DNA of 64,000 nt from the human T2T-CHM13v2.0 reference genome, Homo sapiens. How positions within the stretch are numbered: the stretch's first letter is position 1; every line of letters starts with the position of its first letter. The stretch is from assembly GCF_009914755.1 (NCBI RefSeq), contig NC_060926.1; one strand, 5' to 3'. Shown piece after piece: positions 41,640 to 54,621 of this stretch. The notes beneath the pieces are model-generated. The model saw only the letters and a list, made by a program, of their open reading frames with translations, was not told the DNA's origin and did no database searches. A program made the position numbers and the translations under genes.

Positions 41640-44600
41640 ATCGTGTAATTTTTCTCTCAGCACTGCCTCAGCAGCATTCTACATATTTTGATATCATATG
41701 TTTTTATTTTCATTCAATTCTATGTATCTCTAATTCCTTAGGGATTTACTATTTCACCTACAGGTTATTTAGAATGTATCATTTAATCTCTGTGTGTCTA
41801 GAACTTATCCCCTTTTCCCTCTGTTTCTGATTTCTGGTTTGATTCCATTATAGTCAGAGAACACACCATATGATTTCAATTCATTTAAATTTGTTGAGGT
41901 TTGTTTATGACCCGGGATATGGTCTATCTTGGTAAATATTCTGGGAGCACTTGAAAAAAGTGGCATATTTGTTGCAGTAGAACATTCTACATTTCCTCCT
42001 GCCTTTCACTGTTTTAGAAGAGAAGTTTGCTATCCTGATCATTTACGTTTTTACAGGTAATTTGTTATCCTCTTTAGCTACCATTAATATATTTTTCTTT
42101 GTCTTTAGTTTTCAGCAATTTCATTACGGTGTGTCATTGTGTGGATGTTTTCTTTTTTTTTAGTTTGTTCTTTTGGGTATTTGCTCATTTTTGTAAATCT
42201 GTAGACTTGTGTTTTTCATCACATTTGGAACATTTTCAAAGAATATTTCTTTAAATATTTTTTCAGCTTCACTCTATTTCTCCTCTCATTATGAGATTCC
42301 AAGTGGCCCATTAATAGTCTTGCTCTTTTTTTTTCAGTCTATTTTCTCCCTGTTGTTCAAGATGGGTAAGTTTTATTGATCTATCCTCGAGTGAACTGCT
42401 CCCATTCCCTGTCATATCCACACTTCTACTGGGCCCATCAGAGAGATTGTGTGTGTATGTGTGTGTTGTGTATGTGGGGGTGGGAAGCAGTGTTATTAAG
42501 TTTCAGTTCCCTAATTTTCATTTGGTTCTTTTACATAACATTTGTTTCTTTGCAGGTTGTTTTTAATTTGTTTCCAGAGAATTTGAAACTGCTGGTTGAG
42601 GCATTTTTATAATGCCTGCTGTAAGATCCTTGTTAGATGATTCCAACATTGATTTCATCACAGGGTTGACATCAGATAATTGAGTTTTCTCATTCACATT
42701 ATGATTTTTCTTGTTCCTTGGTATAATGAGTGATTTTCAGTTGTATCTTGTACATTTTGTCTATCATGTTATGATTCTCTGGATCCTATTTACATCATTT
42801 AACAGTTAATTATTCTGTCATGTTTAGCACACGTTTGTGGGATGGAGTTCAAATGACAATTTCATTTTTACTGCCTTTATGGTGTTATTTTGGTCTGCTT
42901 GGTTTGTCTGATACTGCTCAGATTCCCACTGTTCCCTGATGGTGCCTTCTAAGGGGGCAGAAGGAGCTTCCTGCCATATTTCTGAGGGTCTCTCAGTGGG
43001 GGAGGCAGCAGGCCTGCCTGGACAAAGAGGCTTTTCAAGCCAGCCTGCTTATTTTAGCTATGTCTGCCAGCCCTGAAGCTTCCTGGTGGGGGAGTGGAGT
43101 CTCAAATTCACGGGAACAGAGGGTCTGTACCCACCACTGCCCATTGGGAGCAGAGAGTGTGGCCGATCCAGGCCTTGCTGTGGTTGTGTTGCCATCTCTC
43201 TGTTTGTTTCTAGGGAGGGGACAGGAGTCTCAGGTCTGTGGTCACAAAGGGGCTTCCTTGTCTGGTCCTCTTGTTGTACATGTTCATGGCAAGTACCATA
43301 TTAAAAGAGTAAATATTTCAATATTTTGATATTTGTAGTAGCACTAAGCCAGGTTGTTTGATCTTGGAAACTCACATTTGGAAGCCTATCCAATCACTTG
43401 CTGTTGGTTTTAAGTGTCTATTAACCTTTACAAAGGTGAAGATGATTATATCTAATTTTGGAAACAGAATACTATTGTGTCACTAAGAAATTCCGTGAAA
43501 TCCAGGGAAAGGAGGTTGACTTGTTTGGGACTTTTTCACTCCAGAATTCCGCCCCTATTCTTGGTCAAAATGACTATCTGTTCAAAATGCTATGAAGATT
43601 AAAAGAGAAATCATGAACAGCCTTGCAAAGTCACCATTATATTGCAGGAGACAGAAATTGCCAAATACCTCTTCTGGAAACTAGAGGGAGATACTGAGCA
43701 TTGGTGGTTCAAACAAAGAATGAGGCAAGTGAGTATCTTATTCAAAGTCATGAAAGAGCAGGACTGCCCCTAGCCCAGAAGAAACTCCACATCCTATCTA
43801 TCCCCAAGACTCACCCACACTGTTTCTCTGTTTGCCATCATAATACAATATATGTCATAAAAGCAAAGAGGGTTAGTTAAGTTCTTTTTTTCATTTATCA
43901 AGGAAAGGACATCCTTAGGAGACCTGGGCCTATCTGATTTTAGGCAAATATTGTTAAGACCTTTTTGTAAGAAACTTATGATGAAAGGCAAGCCATCAGT
44001 AATGTCAGAGCATATCAATGCAGCCACCAAAGTTAATTATTAAGTAGTCACTATCAACAAGTATTTAATATTGCCCTGTATTAAAAAAAGAATATGCTTG
44101 TAAACGCCAATGTGGGAGGAAATTTATATGAAGTGTGTATAAAAAGATAGTGATCAGGGGAAGTAGAGCTTATAATAGTTCCATTTTTCTTTGATATGCT
44201 CTTTAAACACAAACACACACACACATATACACATTCCACAAACTCCATTTAAGTTAATAGAAAATCCCTCATTATATTTTAATGTTGTCTTAAAACGCTT
44301 ACCTCTTATTTGCATAATACATATTCAGTCTTAGTAAATTAAACACAATAATCACTTATTAAGATAACTTTCCGCAATCTATTTGGCTACTCCAAAAACA
44401 CATTGTGGTATCAGTAAGGTGCTAAAAATCTTCACACTCTTACTTTTCTTCTCAACCTCCCCCCGCTTTCTTTTACTCTTCTCAATTTAATATGTCTAGA
44501 TGCAATCACATCACTGCCCTATCCCACCCTGTGCTATGTTAATGAATATTTTATTTCTAAGCCATCTTTGCTGCATTATAAAAACAAAACAAAATGTAAT

Positions 44601-46351
44601 GCAATAGCCACAGGTGAAAATCACTATGTATCCAGATCTTCTGTGATAAGAGAGCATGGTAAACTTCTTTAAGGCAAAGTTCAAAACCTACAGTAGGTCT
44701 AGATTTCATTATTAAATTTTGAAGCCAAATATTTTCTTTTTCTATACAATTTTAGTATCCTTCAGAGCTGTATCTTGTTTGTGTTTTTTAAGGCAACTTT
44801 CTCTTTGATTGCTGAAGCATTTCACCCTCTCTAACATGTTATACCCAATTGACATATATTTTCTTTTCCATCTTTTCTTCTGAGAACAGGCAGCAAAAAT
44901 TGTGGTCTAAAGTTCCCTGAGAACAAGGGCATTGATCTCCAGTTGGAGTTTAAGGCCACCTTCCTCTAGTCACTCTCAGCTGTAATTTAAGATATCAGCT
45001 CTAAATTATTTAGCGGTGTATAAGTATAAATAATTCACCAGTCAACAACTGAAGTGACAGCCCATTAATCAGCCTGTGAACGTGGGCACAGGTGTCAGGC
45101 GTTGGGCTGAGTCCTGATGAGGTCAACACGCTCAGAGTCCTTCTCCTTTCCTTTCCTTCCCTAAGATGTGACCCATCTCGCTTGTGGATTGGGGCTCATA
45201 TTGAGAGATATGCTCAAGAACTCTAACCTTCAGAGATGGAACCAAACTCTGTTACTAATGTAGATGCAGTATAGATTTTTTGATACTGACCAGTTACTAC
45301 TGTATTATGATATCACCAAAGGAGATGTGTGGAAAAAAATAAATTGAGGGATAACACTTTACAAGAAAGTTGTGATTTCTTAAATAAAATATGTATGGTA
45401 ATGTTGAGTGTTTACATTTATTTTTATCTTCTTGTCTAGGCAGTTGGTTTGTAAGTGTTGACTGATTATTTTTTGAGTAGCTACGTTCCCTTCTTTCATC
45501 CATGAGTTCTAGTGAAAACATGACAGTTTATTTCCATAACTTTTGGGTGTTTTGTTTATAATTCAGATTGTTGATAGACTTTTCCTCTACAATAAGGTTA
45601 GTGCCTCTCCTAAGTCTATTTATCCTGGTGAGAATGTACGGCACTTCCTATAAAAATAATAATTTACATTAGCTTAAAATTTACTCAAATTTTTTACACA
45701 GACTGATGAGGATATGCCTTTAATAGAATCGTAGACTGTTTACAAAAGGTGAACTGGTAAATTCCAAATGATTGCATTATTATACAGACCCTTCTTTTAG
45801 ATAGTAAGATGGAAAGAAGAGAATAATCCACAGAACAGGTATTTACAAAGACCATTCTAATAGTCTCTAACTGTTCCTTGCTTCCTGGTTCTTCTCCATT
45901 AAGTCTCTGAAGGCACAAAGCAAGCCCCAAAGTTTGGTTCTGCCCTCCTTTCCCAACAGAACGCTGCAACCCTGTCTCAGCTTCGGGTGTCTCCATGAGA
46001 AGGAGCCCCCAAGGGCATGGCGTCTCTCTGCCAGGATGAGCCTTTATGGTCCAGAGCTTCACTCTGACTTTAAGGACCAGAAAAAGATGTTCTTTCCCCA
46101 ACTCTGAGTCGCATTTAGATAGCTGGGCCATAAATTGCACAGTTTGATTCCAAAGTCTTTCAGCGCTGATACGAATTGGCCCCATTTGCTTATGTAATCA
46201 CCAATGCTGGTTTTGAGGTGATGTCCGAAGTTCACAATGAAATTTTATTTCCAAGCAGCAACATGAGCCCCCGACTTGGGACAAGTCTCCCCTATCGTCA
46301 TGTTGCAGTCATCTTTGCCCTTGCTCAAGGAATTCTCACTTAAAGTGAAGC

Positions 46352-46470
46352 TTTTTTTGAGTCTCGCGCTCTGGCACCCAAGGCTGGAGTGCCGTGGTGC
46401 TATCTCGGCTCCCCAAAAGCTCCACCTCCCGGGTTCACACCATTCTCCTGCCTCAGCCTCCCGAGTAGCT
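46352..46470 (-). mobile_element. 5'-truncated AluY-type right arm
   Basis: 'aagctccacctcccgggttcacaccattctcctgcctcagcctcccgagtagct' (AluY-type diagnostics). Confidence 0.85.
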
Positions 46471-46579
46471 CTTTACTCAAGCTCTGCACAGACCCAAATT
46501 TTAGTCTATAGAGTTCACCTGTAGTTTCTTCAGGCATAATGATTAGTCATCTGTTCATTGTCTAGTCTACATAACTATC

Positions 46580-46772
46580 CTTATAAGAACTGATTATGTG
46601 CCAAGCAACAAGGAAATTAGTTTGCATAGTGTTACCACTTAATTCCCCTCATAACACAAACATGTTAGCAAAAATGCTCTAGATTACTGAACTAAGTAGT
46701 ATCAGAGTGGGGATCCAATTTAGGTCTATTGACTCCAATGCTCATGCCCATAAACACCAACGTGTTGCTTCT
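46580..46772 (-). mobile_element. MIR remnant
   Basis: 'ctaagtagtatcagagtggggatccaatttaggtctattgactccaatgctcatgcccataaacac'. Confidence 0.65.
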
Positions 46773-47596
46773 AGTTCAGTCTAAACACCAGCATCACTTC
46801 CTGACTTCCATCTGAGATGCTCCCCTCCTCCCACTTTATTCTTACTGTCCCTCAATTTCCTTCTCCAATGGAGTCACTTTTTTTAGACAAAGCTGATTAC
46901 TCCAGCCTAAAAATGCCTTTATCTCTGAAATCTGATAATAATTATTGTAGTGATTGATTTGTCTCTTATTAAATATATTTGTGAATCCTTACATGAGAGC
47001 GGTCAGGTGCTATTCTGCTCCATATTCAATAGTTCATTTTAGTATAATTTGAAGAAAGACTGTTCTGCACCTAAGTCTGAATTAGACTGCATAACAAATT
47101 GCTTTCCTGTATCCTTTGACTCCAAAAGGTAGGTGCTGGTTCCTACAGCTCTTCTCTTCCTCTGGGCCTCTGTTTCCCCAGGGTGGACACTGCTCCTTTA
47201 AGATGTCACTGTGCATCAGATTTTTCCTAAAAGTTTTGGGTAACAGGGGAAATCAGTTTGAAGGGTAGCACAGCACAGCAAAACCAGAAGTGTAAAACAT
47301 ATGCTGGGCCTCTTCAACATAAGGATTTCCTTGTGGCAAGTTTCCTTTAGGTTCTTGTTTCTTGCCAACTTCCTGGACCTCTTCTCTCTCCTAATTCTCC
47401 CCATACTTTTCTTCTCCTTGAACTTCTCTGCCCTAGTCCCTCTTTCTCTCTCAATCCCTGGTTGCCCATGAAAAGCCTGACACTTCCATTTTAGTGAGCA
47501 TTTCACATCAGAACTCTCTTTTTTTAGCCTGTTTTACCCCAGCTCTGCCCAGAATCAGAGCTCTTTCAACCAAAATCATCTGTCAAGGACCATACA

Positions 47597-47883
47597 TGGG
47601 AGGCCAAGGCAGGTGGATCACTTGAGACCAGGATTTTGAGACCAGCCAGGCCAATGTGGTGAAACCTTGTCTCTACTAAAAATACAAAAATTAGCCAGGT
47701 GTGGTGGTGAGCATCTGTAATCCTAGCTACTCGGAAGGGATTACAGGCGCCCACCACCATGCCTGAGGCAGGAGAATCACTTGAACCGGGAGGCGGAGTT
47801 TGCAGTGAGCCGAGATTGTGCCATTGCACTCCAGCCTGGGCAATAGAGTGAGACTCCATCTCAAAAAAAAAAAAAAAAAAAAA
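47597..47883 (+). mobile_element. 5'-truncated AluS with internal inverted duplication
   Basis: Starts 'tgggaggccaagg'; TSD aag(g/a)accatacatg at 47585-47598 and 47882-47895. Confidence 0.95.
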
Positions 47884-48112
47884 GAACCATACATGTATTT
47901 TCATGCATAAAATCAGCCATCTTCATAAAGGATGAATTATGCTGTGCTCTAAAAAGCATACGTTATGGTCAATCAATTATTTGTTGAGTAAAGAAAGGTG
48001 TTTTCTTGTACTTACCATTAATTTTAGTATGTAATTAATAATGACGACTTGTATTATAAAGGTATAAAATCTCTCTAACTAGCCTATATCGTTTTTAAAA
48101 TTACCCATTTTA

Positions 48113-48343
48113 GAGTTGAGCAATGAGAACACTGGACACAGGGAGGGGAACATCACACACTGGGGTCAGTCAGGGAGTGGGGGGCTAGGGGAGGGATAGC
48201 ATTAGGAGAAATACTTAATGTAGATGACAGGTTGATGGGTGCCGCAAACTTCCATGGCATGTGTATACCTATGTAACAAACCTGCACGTTCTGCACATGT
48301 ATCCTATGACTTAAAGTATAATAAAAATAACATAAAATAAAAC
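48113..48343 (+). mobile_element. L1PA7-like 3'UTR fragment
   Basis: 'ggacacagggaggggaacatcacacactggg...cctatgtaacaaacctgcacgttctgcacatgtatcc'; TSD aaaat(t/a)accca(t/c)ttta at 48097-48112 and 48344-48359. Confidence 0.93.
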
Positions 48344-48664
48344 AAAATAACCCACTTTATACCCATTTGGAAACTTCCAGGACAACTGACTGAAATGGCA
48401 GGCCCAGGGTCAAGCAACAGTAGGTTATGTAGATAGTTACTGAATTTTGCTCAGCAAACAATTGCAGTCACCTATTATGCTAAAAGCATTGCTGAAGTAA
48501 GCGCAGAGGCTGTAAATACATACAAGAGACACTCATGCCGTTCTTTACATGGGAAGCTTCCCACACCACAATTTTCCCACCCAAGTAAGTCCCAGCTGTC
48601 ATTAAGCTTCACCTCATGAGCAAGTCTTCTCCTAGGCTCATTTCTATGCCTAGCACTGTGCTAC

Positions 48665-48745
48665 CTCAATTTCTCTATGTCCAGTGCATAGTATAGCATC
48701 TGGCACAGAATTGACAATCACCATGTACTTGTTCAATTAATTAAA
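48665..48745 (+). mobile_element. L2 3' end remnant
   Basis: 'ccagtgcatagtatagcatctggcacagaattgacaatcaccatgtacttgttcaatt'. Confidence 0.55.
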
Positions 48746-51318
48746 ATAATGATTCCATCTTTCACGAGTTCCCTGCTGTAAATAAAAGCACAGTGGTCTT
48801 ATCCAAAGAGAAAGCAATAGCAGTCAATTGTGTATTTCTAAGAAGAACATAGCAGCCAATCTTAGCCTTTAGTCAAGCAGACATTGAATGTTTTCGCCAA
48901 TATAAACTATTGATAGTGTATTTTAAAAATTATTTTGGTTTCTTCTATCGTTAAAATATGTCTCTTGTTTTTTCATTAATTATTCACATCACATATTCAG
49001 CAAATTTGGGACATTTATGCCTGAATAGTTGTAAGAAAATATGGTTTATCAATGAAATAAATGGTTACCTGTCCAAATTATATTGTGATTGGTGATAGAG
49101 TAGCTGGAGAGAAGCTCTTGTTATATAAGAAAAACTATGAGAATGTTTAGAATATAAAGGGACCATTTCTGGAAAGTTTTAAAACACAGACAGTCACACC
49201 ATCAAAACTCAAAGTTAGGCAAAATTTTGCACCCAATAACAAGATAAACATCTTAGCAACATTTTTGATTTTTGTAATTATGGCTTTTTTAGCCTATTAT
49301 TCAAATAAATGAAGAATAACCTTTGTAAATGCATATTAAGCTTTGTAAAATGCATATGATAAATCAGCATTTTTACAAATACATGCTAAGAAGCCTGAGC
49401 TTTTAACTATCAAACTTTATTGTGTAATATTTAGGAACATACAAATGTATTGGGTTAGAATCTGTTTAGTTAATAGGTTTATATTTGAAATAGTGGTTTC
49501 AGTAACCTGAGTTCTCCCACAGCTACGAAATTCCCCGTGCAATTTTTTTGGCAGGGGTAGTAGCAATTTCTAAGTGTCCATGTATTAGAAATGTCCTCAT
49601 AGAAATGCTTAGGACTTCCAGGAATGTCCACTTCAATCTTGGGTTTGGTGCCTTACCCTCTGTTCTACATGAAAACATGTCATTTTATTTAAGGGGAATT
49701 TTATCTTAATGAACAAGTAATATCTCTTAACGAGCACTCATAGTCTCGGTATATAGCTGAAGGATTTTCTCCCTGTTTTCTCCTTCTTTAAAATATTTTT
49801 ACTGGCAATTAGCAGTGAATGGATAAGGAGATGAAATCCAACAACTTATGAGTTCAATATTATCAGGCTTCATAAAAACAGTAGGTATTTTTTAAATGTG
49901 GAACTTATCCAGACCCCTGAGGACTTATTAATAATCATAGATAGAGGTAACTAAAAATTGATGGTATTATATAACACATATTATATACACTTAATATTAG
50001 AGGTCAGTTTGAAATACTGAAAACTCAGGATTTTAGAGTTGTGGAACAGAATCTCAATGTGAAGAGGACTCTGAAGACAGAAAAGGCAGGTGAGGCACAG
50101 AGGTAGAACCTAAATTCCCCTTTTCTAGAACGTAGAGTCACTTGAACCACTACAAGCACATTCAGTCCATTTGATGAAGTGATAAGAACATCTAGTCACA
50201 GATATGCAATTTTTCTCAGAAGTTATCTTTTCTCAAAAAAGTTGACCAAGTACTTACAATTCTATTTACACCATCAATTTATCTCGCATTTGTGTTTTTA
50301 CAAACACTATGATGGGTGGATATCACCACAGGCAGGCAAAGTTGTCACACATTCTATGTAACTGGCATCAAATTAATCAAATTTGCTCATTTTATGGTCA
50401 TAGCCATGAAAACATTCATGCCATTCATCAATCCTGCAAAATGTAAAAGTTACTTTTATTCTGTGGTGAAAACTTAGCATGCATTAAACAAAAGATGTTC
50501 CAGGGAATCCTAGGCTAACCATTTTTTTTGTAAACTTTCATTGAATAGATTTCATGAGTAATGATGAATTTCTCATTGTTTCAGGGACAAGACTGCATGA
50601 TATTTCAATAGTACTGCTCCAGACTGAAATAATGCAGTGTGAATGTTGTGATAATGACACGCAGCATATGAAACTCAGGAACTATGAAACAGCAGAAATA
50701 TTTAATGAGTGAGTTCTACTTTGGAACACAGGGAATAGAAAATATTTCTCCTGTACTTTTAGAACCTAACTCTTTTACAGAATTTATAAGTTTTACAACC
50801 CTATTACTAGTTTATAAAATTTTATATTATTTATATTATCCAGTAGGTATTCCCCAAATTGTCTCAATAAATAAATGGAATGCATAATTAAAATGGTTTA
50901 AATAAAGACCTCAACTCCTACTTCAAACTAGATGGAGAGGAAGATACAGCTATCGTTCTTTTCATATACATACATGTATATGTAAGCAGATAAATACTTA
51001 AAGCAAAGAGCTATATTAGAAAATTCAAGAATATAAACAGTGAATTAAAAGACAAATTTGCCAAAGATTGTTGAAGAATATATCTTGTTAGGCTTCCTGA
51101 AAGAAGTATACCATTTATCTTTCTTAGAGTATGCAGGTAAGTACATTATATAACTTAAAAATGAGCACAGTATTCCAAACAATAAAAGAAGTCTGTTTTA
51201 CCCTATAGCATAATGTTTTAGATTTGGAGGTCTGAAAAACATTTTAAAGGCACGTGTTAATGTGTACATAAAATGTAACAAAAGGAGTGGCAATATAAAA
51301 TAAAAAAACAAATGTTTC

Positions 51319-51510
<192 letters not shown>

Positions 51511-52058
51511 TAAATGAATTTGTGTTTTCCTGGGGGTTTTGAAACTCACTGGGACCATTTTCATAACAGAAATGTTAGCATGTGTGGAAGGTAAAAATCA
51601 GCACAGAGTTTAAGGAAAAGTAAGATGAAAGGGTGGCAAATGCGATCTAATACCCTTCCCGTTGCTGTAAAATCATACGTTGACACTGAAGAGCCAGGAT
51701 GAATGCAACAACGACAAACTTCTGAAACAGAAAGTGTCCTGCATTTCTACTCTCAATCACAAGGCTGGAAAATAATCAGGATCAAATGTCCTTAATGTAA
51801 ATGACATGTCTATATATTCTATAAAGGAAGTAAGTTCCTTGAGTGTGTGGTGCATTAAAGAAATTCCCAAACATTAATAAGGTGCTAGCATCATTCAGAG
51901 ACAGTGAGAGAGAGCGGACAAGGGGAAGGAAGAGATAGGGGGTCGGGGGGAGAGAGAGAGAAAAAAAATATCTCCTATTCTGAGAAGAAAGTATTAGAAG
52001 TATAAAATAGCTTCATAAAGCTTACAATTAATTCTTAAAATTCAAGAATCAGCTTTGT

Positions 52059-52332
52059 GATTGTGCACGGTGGCTCACACCTGTAATCCCAGGATTTTGA
52101 GAGGCCAAGGCAGGCAGATCATCTGAGGTCAGGAGTTCTAGACGAGCCTGGCCAACATGGTGAAACACTGTCTCTAACAAAAAATTAAAAATTAGCTGGG
52201 CGTGGTGGCGCCTGTAATCCCAGCACTCGGAATGCTGAGGCAGGAGAATAGTTTGAACTCAGGAGACGGAGGACGCAGGGAGCTGAGGTCACACCACTTC
52301 ACTCCAGCCTAAGCGACAGTGAGACCCTGTCT

Positions 52333-52373
<41 letters not shown>
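52059..52373 (+). mobile_element. AluSx-like with long poly(A)
   Basis: Dimeric Alu, tail of about 40 A; degenerate TSD aagaatcagctttgtga / aagcatcagttttctga. Confidence 0.95.
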
Positions 52374-52375
<2 letters not shown>

Positions 52376-52915
52376 AGCATCAGTTTTCTGAGAAAAAGAC
52401 ACTGTTATAAGTCAGGAGTTTGGGAGCATATCTTTAGATAAAAAATAGGGAAATAAAAAAATCTATTTATTAGCAAAAACTGAAAACGTGAAAGCATCCT
52501 GATTTTGACCCTTGTGCTTAGACTAGCCATCTGGATAGGGAAAACATGGTCCTTATGCTGAATTTAGAGGATATTTTCTGTCTTAATGAAGGACAAATCT
52601 TTTTTCATGTGTAGGTCTGTTTGTGGCTTTAATTAGCTCTGCTTTTCTTAGACTACACTTTTTGTAGGTTACCTTTGTGATCTAGGCAATGTCAATGTAT
52701 CAAAAATGAAGCTACATCATTCGTCAAACCTTAAAATAGAGAATGTCTCAAAATCCATCCTTTCATTGCCATAGCGTCTGACAAGATGTAGCAGTCAAGT
52801 TCATGCTGGGAAATACTCATTTATAAATAGAGTAAATGCTCTCTCGCCAAGAATTCATATTTATTAGTGAGTAACTACCAAAAATTTTGAGCACACCTAG
52901 AAAATAATGTGTGTT

Positions 52916-53121
<206 letters not shown>

Positions 53122-53446
53122 CTATAAAAGAAGTAATAATAACTTTAAAACAAATGAACAATAACTGCTGCCTGTCGTCCTTCAAGAGAGTTAGCAAAAT
53201 TCAGAAAGGGACACATGATGTTTGCCATTTGTAAAAATTGTGGCTTCTTTTTTAGACGTATGGCATAAGCTAAATGTAGTAGAAATTATTTTCAAGAGTC
53301 TCTAGGCCATTAGACCTGTCTGTGCTAGGGCTGATAGAGTGGTGATTCCACGTTGTGGTTTGTAGTCAGGCTCAATCAGCTAATGCACACTCGTCCCATC
53401 CCAGGATTTGAGGGAGGCAGCAAAGTGCTCTCTAAAGGAACAGAAT

Positions 53447-53571
53447 TTCCTAACATACTCCTTAAAGACATGATCTCAAAAAAAGTATTAAATGGTAGGA
53501 AGAATAGATGATCCTATTTTTGACTTAATTTTTGGTTTATATCAGACAAGGAAAGGGCCTTGTGGACTTGA
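53447..53571 (+). repeat. Donor copy of 125-bp local duplication (second copy at 55169-55294)
   Basis: Direct comparison gives 3 substitutions and a 1-nt A-run difference. Confidence 0.97.
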
Positions 53572-53636
53572 CCTTCAAATGATATGTGGTCCCATGTGAT
53601 ACCTTTCATCTCATAGACCTGTCACCACTCTAAAAC

Positions 53637-54022
53637 TGTATCAGCTAGTTCTCCAGCAGAAAACAGGCAACTTAAAGAGATTACCAACCAGACGCTCATG
53701 GAGGCCATTTTGCAAAGGAGTGAACTGGTCTGAGAGAAGGAGTGATGAATCACCCAGGAGCCAACAGGAATAGGAGCTGTTACCATGCACAGATCTGGTA
53801 CCATGCACAGATCTGGAGGCACAATGGCAGGAGCAGTGTGATTAGGATCCAGAGACAGCTGACCTGGAGAAGAGGGTATCTGGGCAAGAGCTGTCAGATC
53901 AGATTGCTGTCATCGTCATGCCCTGCTCAGCAAGTGTAAGGAGGGCAGGAAAAAGTGCCCTCACTGCTTCCCCTTCATTCTCTAGACTTCTGCCAGTGCC
54001 TCCTGTTGGCCAAAACCTAACT
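53637..54022 (-). mobile_element. Old ERVL LTR (LTR33-like) containing an 18-bp tandem duplication
   Basis: 'tgtatcagctagttctccagcagaaaacag'...'cttctgccagtgcctcctgttggccaaaacctaac'; taccatgcacagatctgg x2 at 53781-53816. Confidence 0.6.
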
Positions 54023-54029
54023 ATTGTGT

Positions 54030-54565
54030 CTCTCCTCGAATGCCTCTCCACTCTCCTTGAAATACAACCTGAAAGTTCAAATATCTGTCAAGGGTCTACC
54101 TGAACGAGTTTGTGTCTACCTTTCCAACCATGCCTCTCACACTCCACCCCTGTTGTTCATGATCCTACAGCTGCATTTCATGTTCCTGCTGTTTCTAGAA
54201 CAGCCCAACTGTCTTCTGTCTAGGGACCTTTCCTGCATATGCTGTTTTCTGTGCCTGAACCAGAACTCTCGTAGAAATTGCTTGGCTGGCTTTTTCTTTT
54301 CCAAATGCAACCTTGGAGAGGCCACCTCTGCACATCAACCAAAGTTGGCCTACCCTATTTATGTCCAAGCAGACTACCTAAGTTATTCTCTTCCTGCACC
54401 AAAATTACCTTGTTTATCTGTTAACCTGGCTATTGTCTGTCTTTCTTCATTCTAATGTTAGCTCCGTAAAAGCAGAGGCTTTGCCTTTCTTGTTCACAGA
54501 GTCTACAACATGATCTAATAGAGGGTAGGAACTCAATAAATGTTTGTTGATTGAATGAATGCATA
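54030..54565 (+). mobile_element. L2a-like 3' end
   Basis: 'aatgttagctccgtaaaagcagaggctttgcctttcttgttcac...actcaataaatgtttgttgattgaatgaatg'. Confidence 0.85.
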
Positions 54566-54621
54566 CGTAATTGAATGAAGTGCATTCAGACCAGCTTACC
54601 TAGCTCAAAAATGCTTTTAAA

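Larger units (their letters stand above)
38930..43290 (-). mobile_element. Old L1 (L1MC/MD-like) mosaic from 3' region to 5' region, interrupted by L1PA and MLT2
   Basis: Antisense L1 motifs throughout ('gggtcatatggtaattgc', 'ataaattttagaataagcttgtc', 'tttgttgaggtttgtttatgaccc', 'atctgtagacttgtgtttttcatcacatttggaa'); GC-richer 5'UTR-like end at 42900-43290. Confidence 0.8.
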
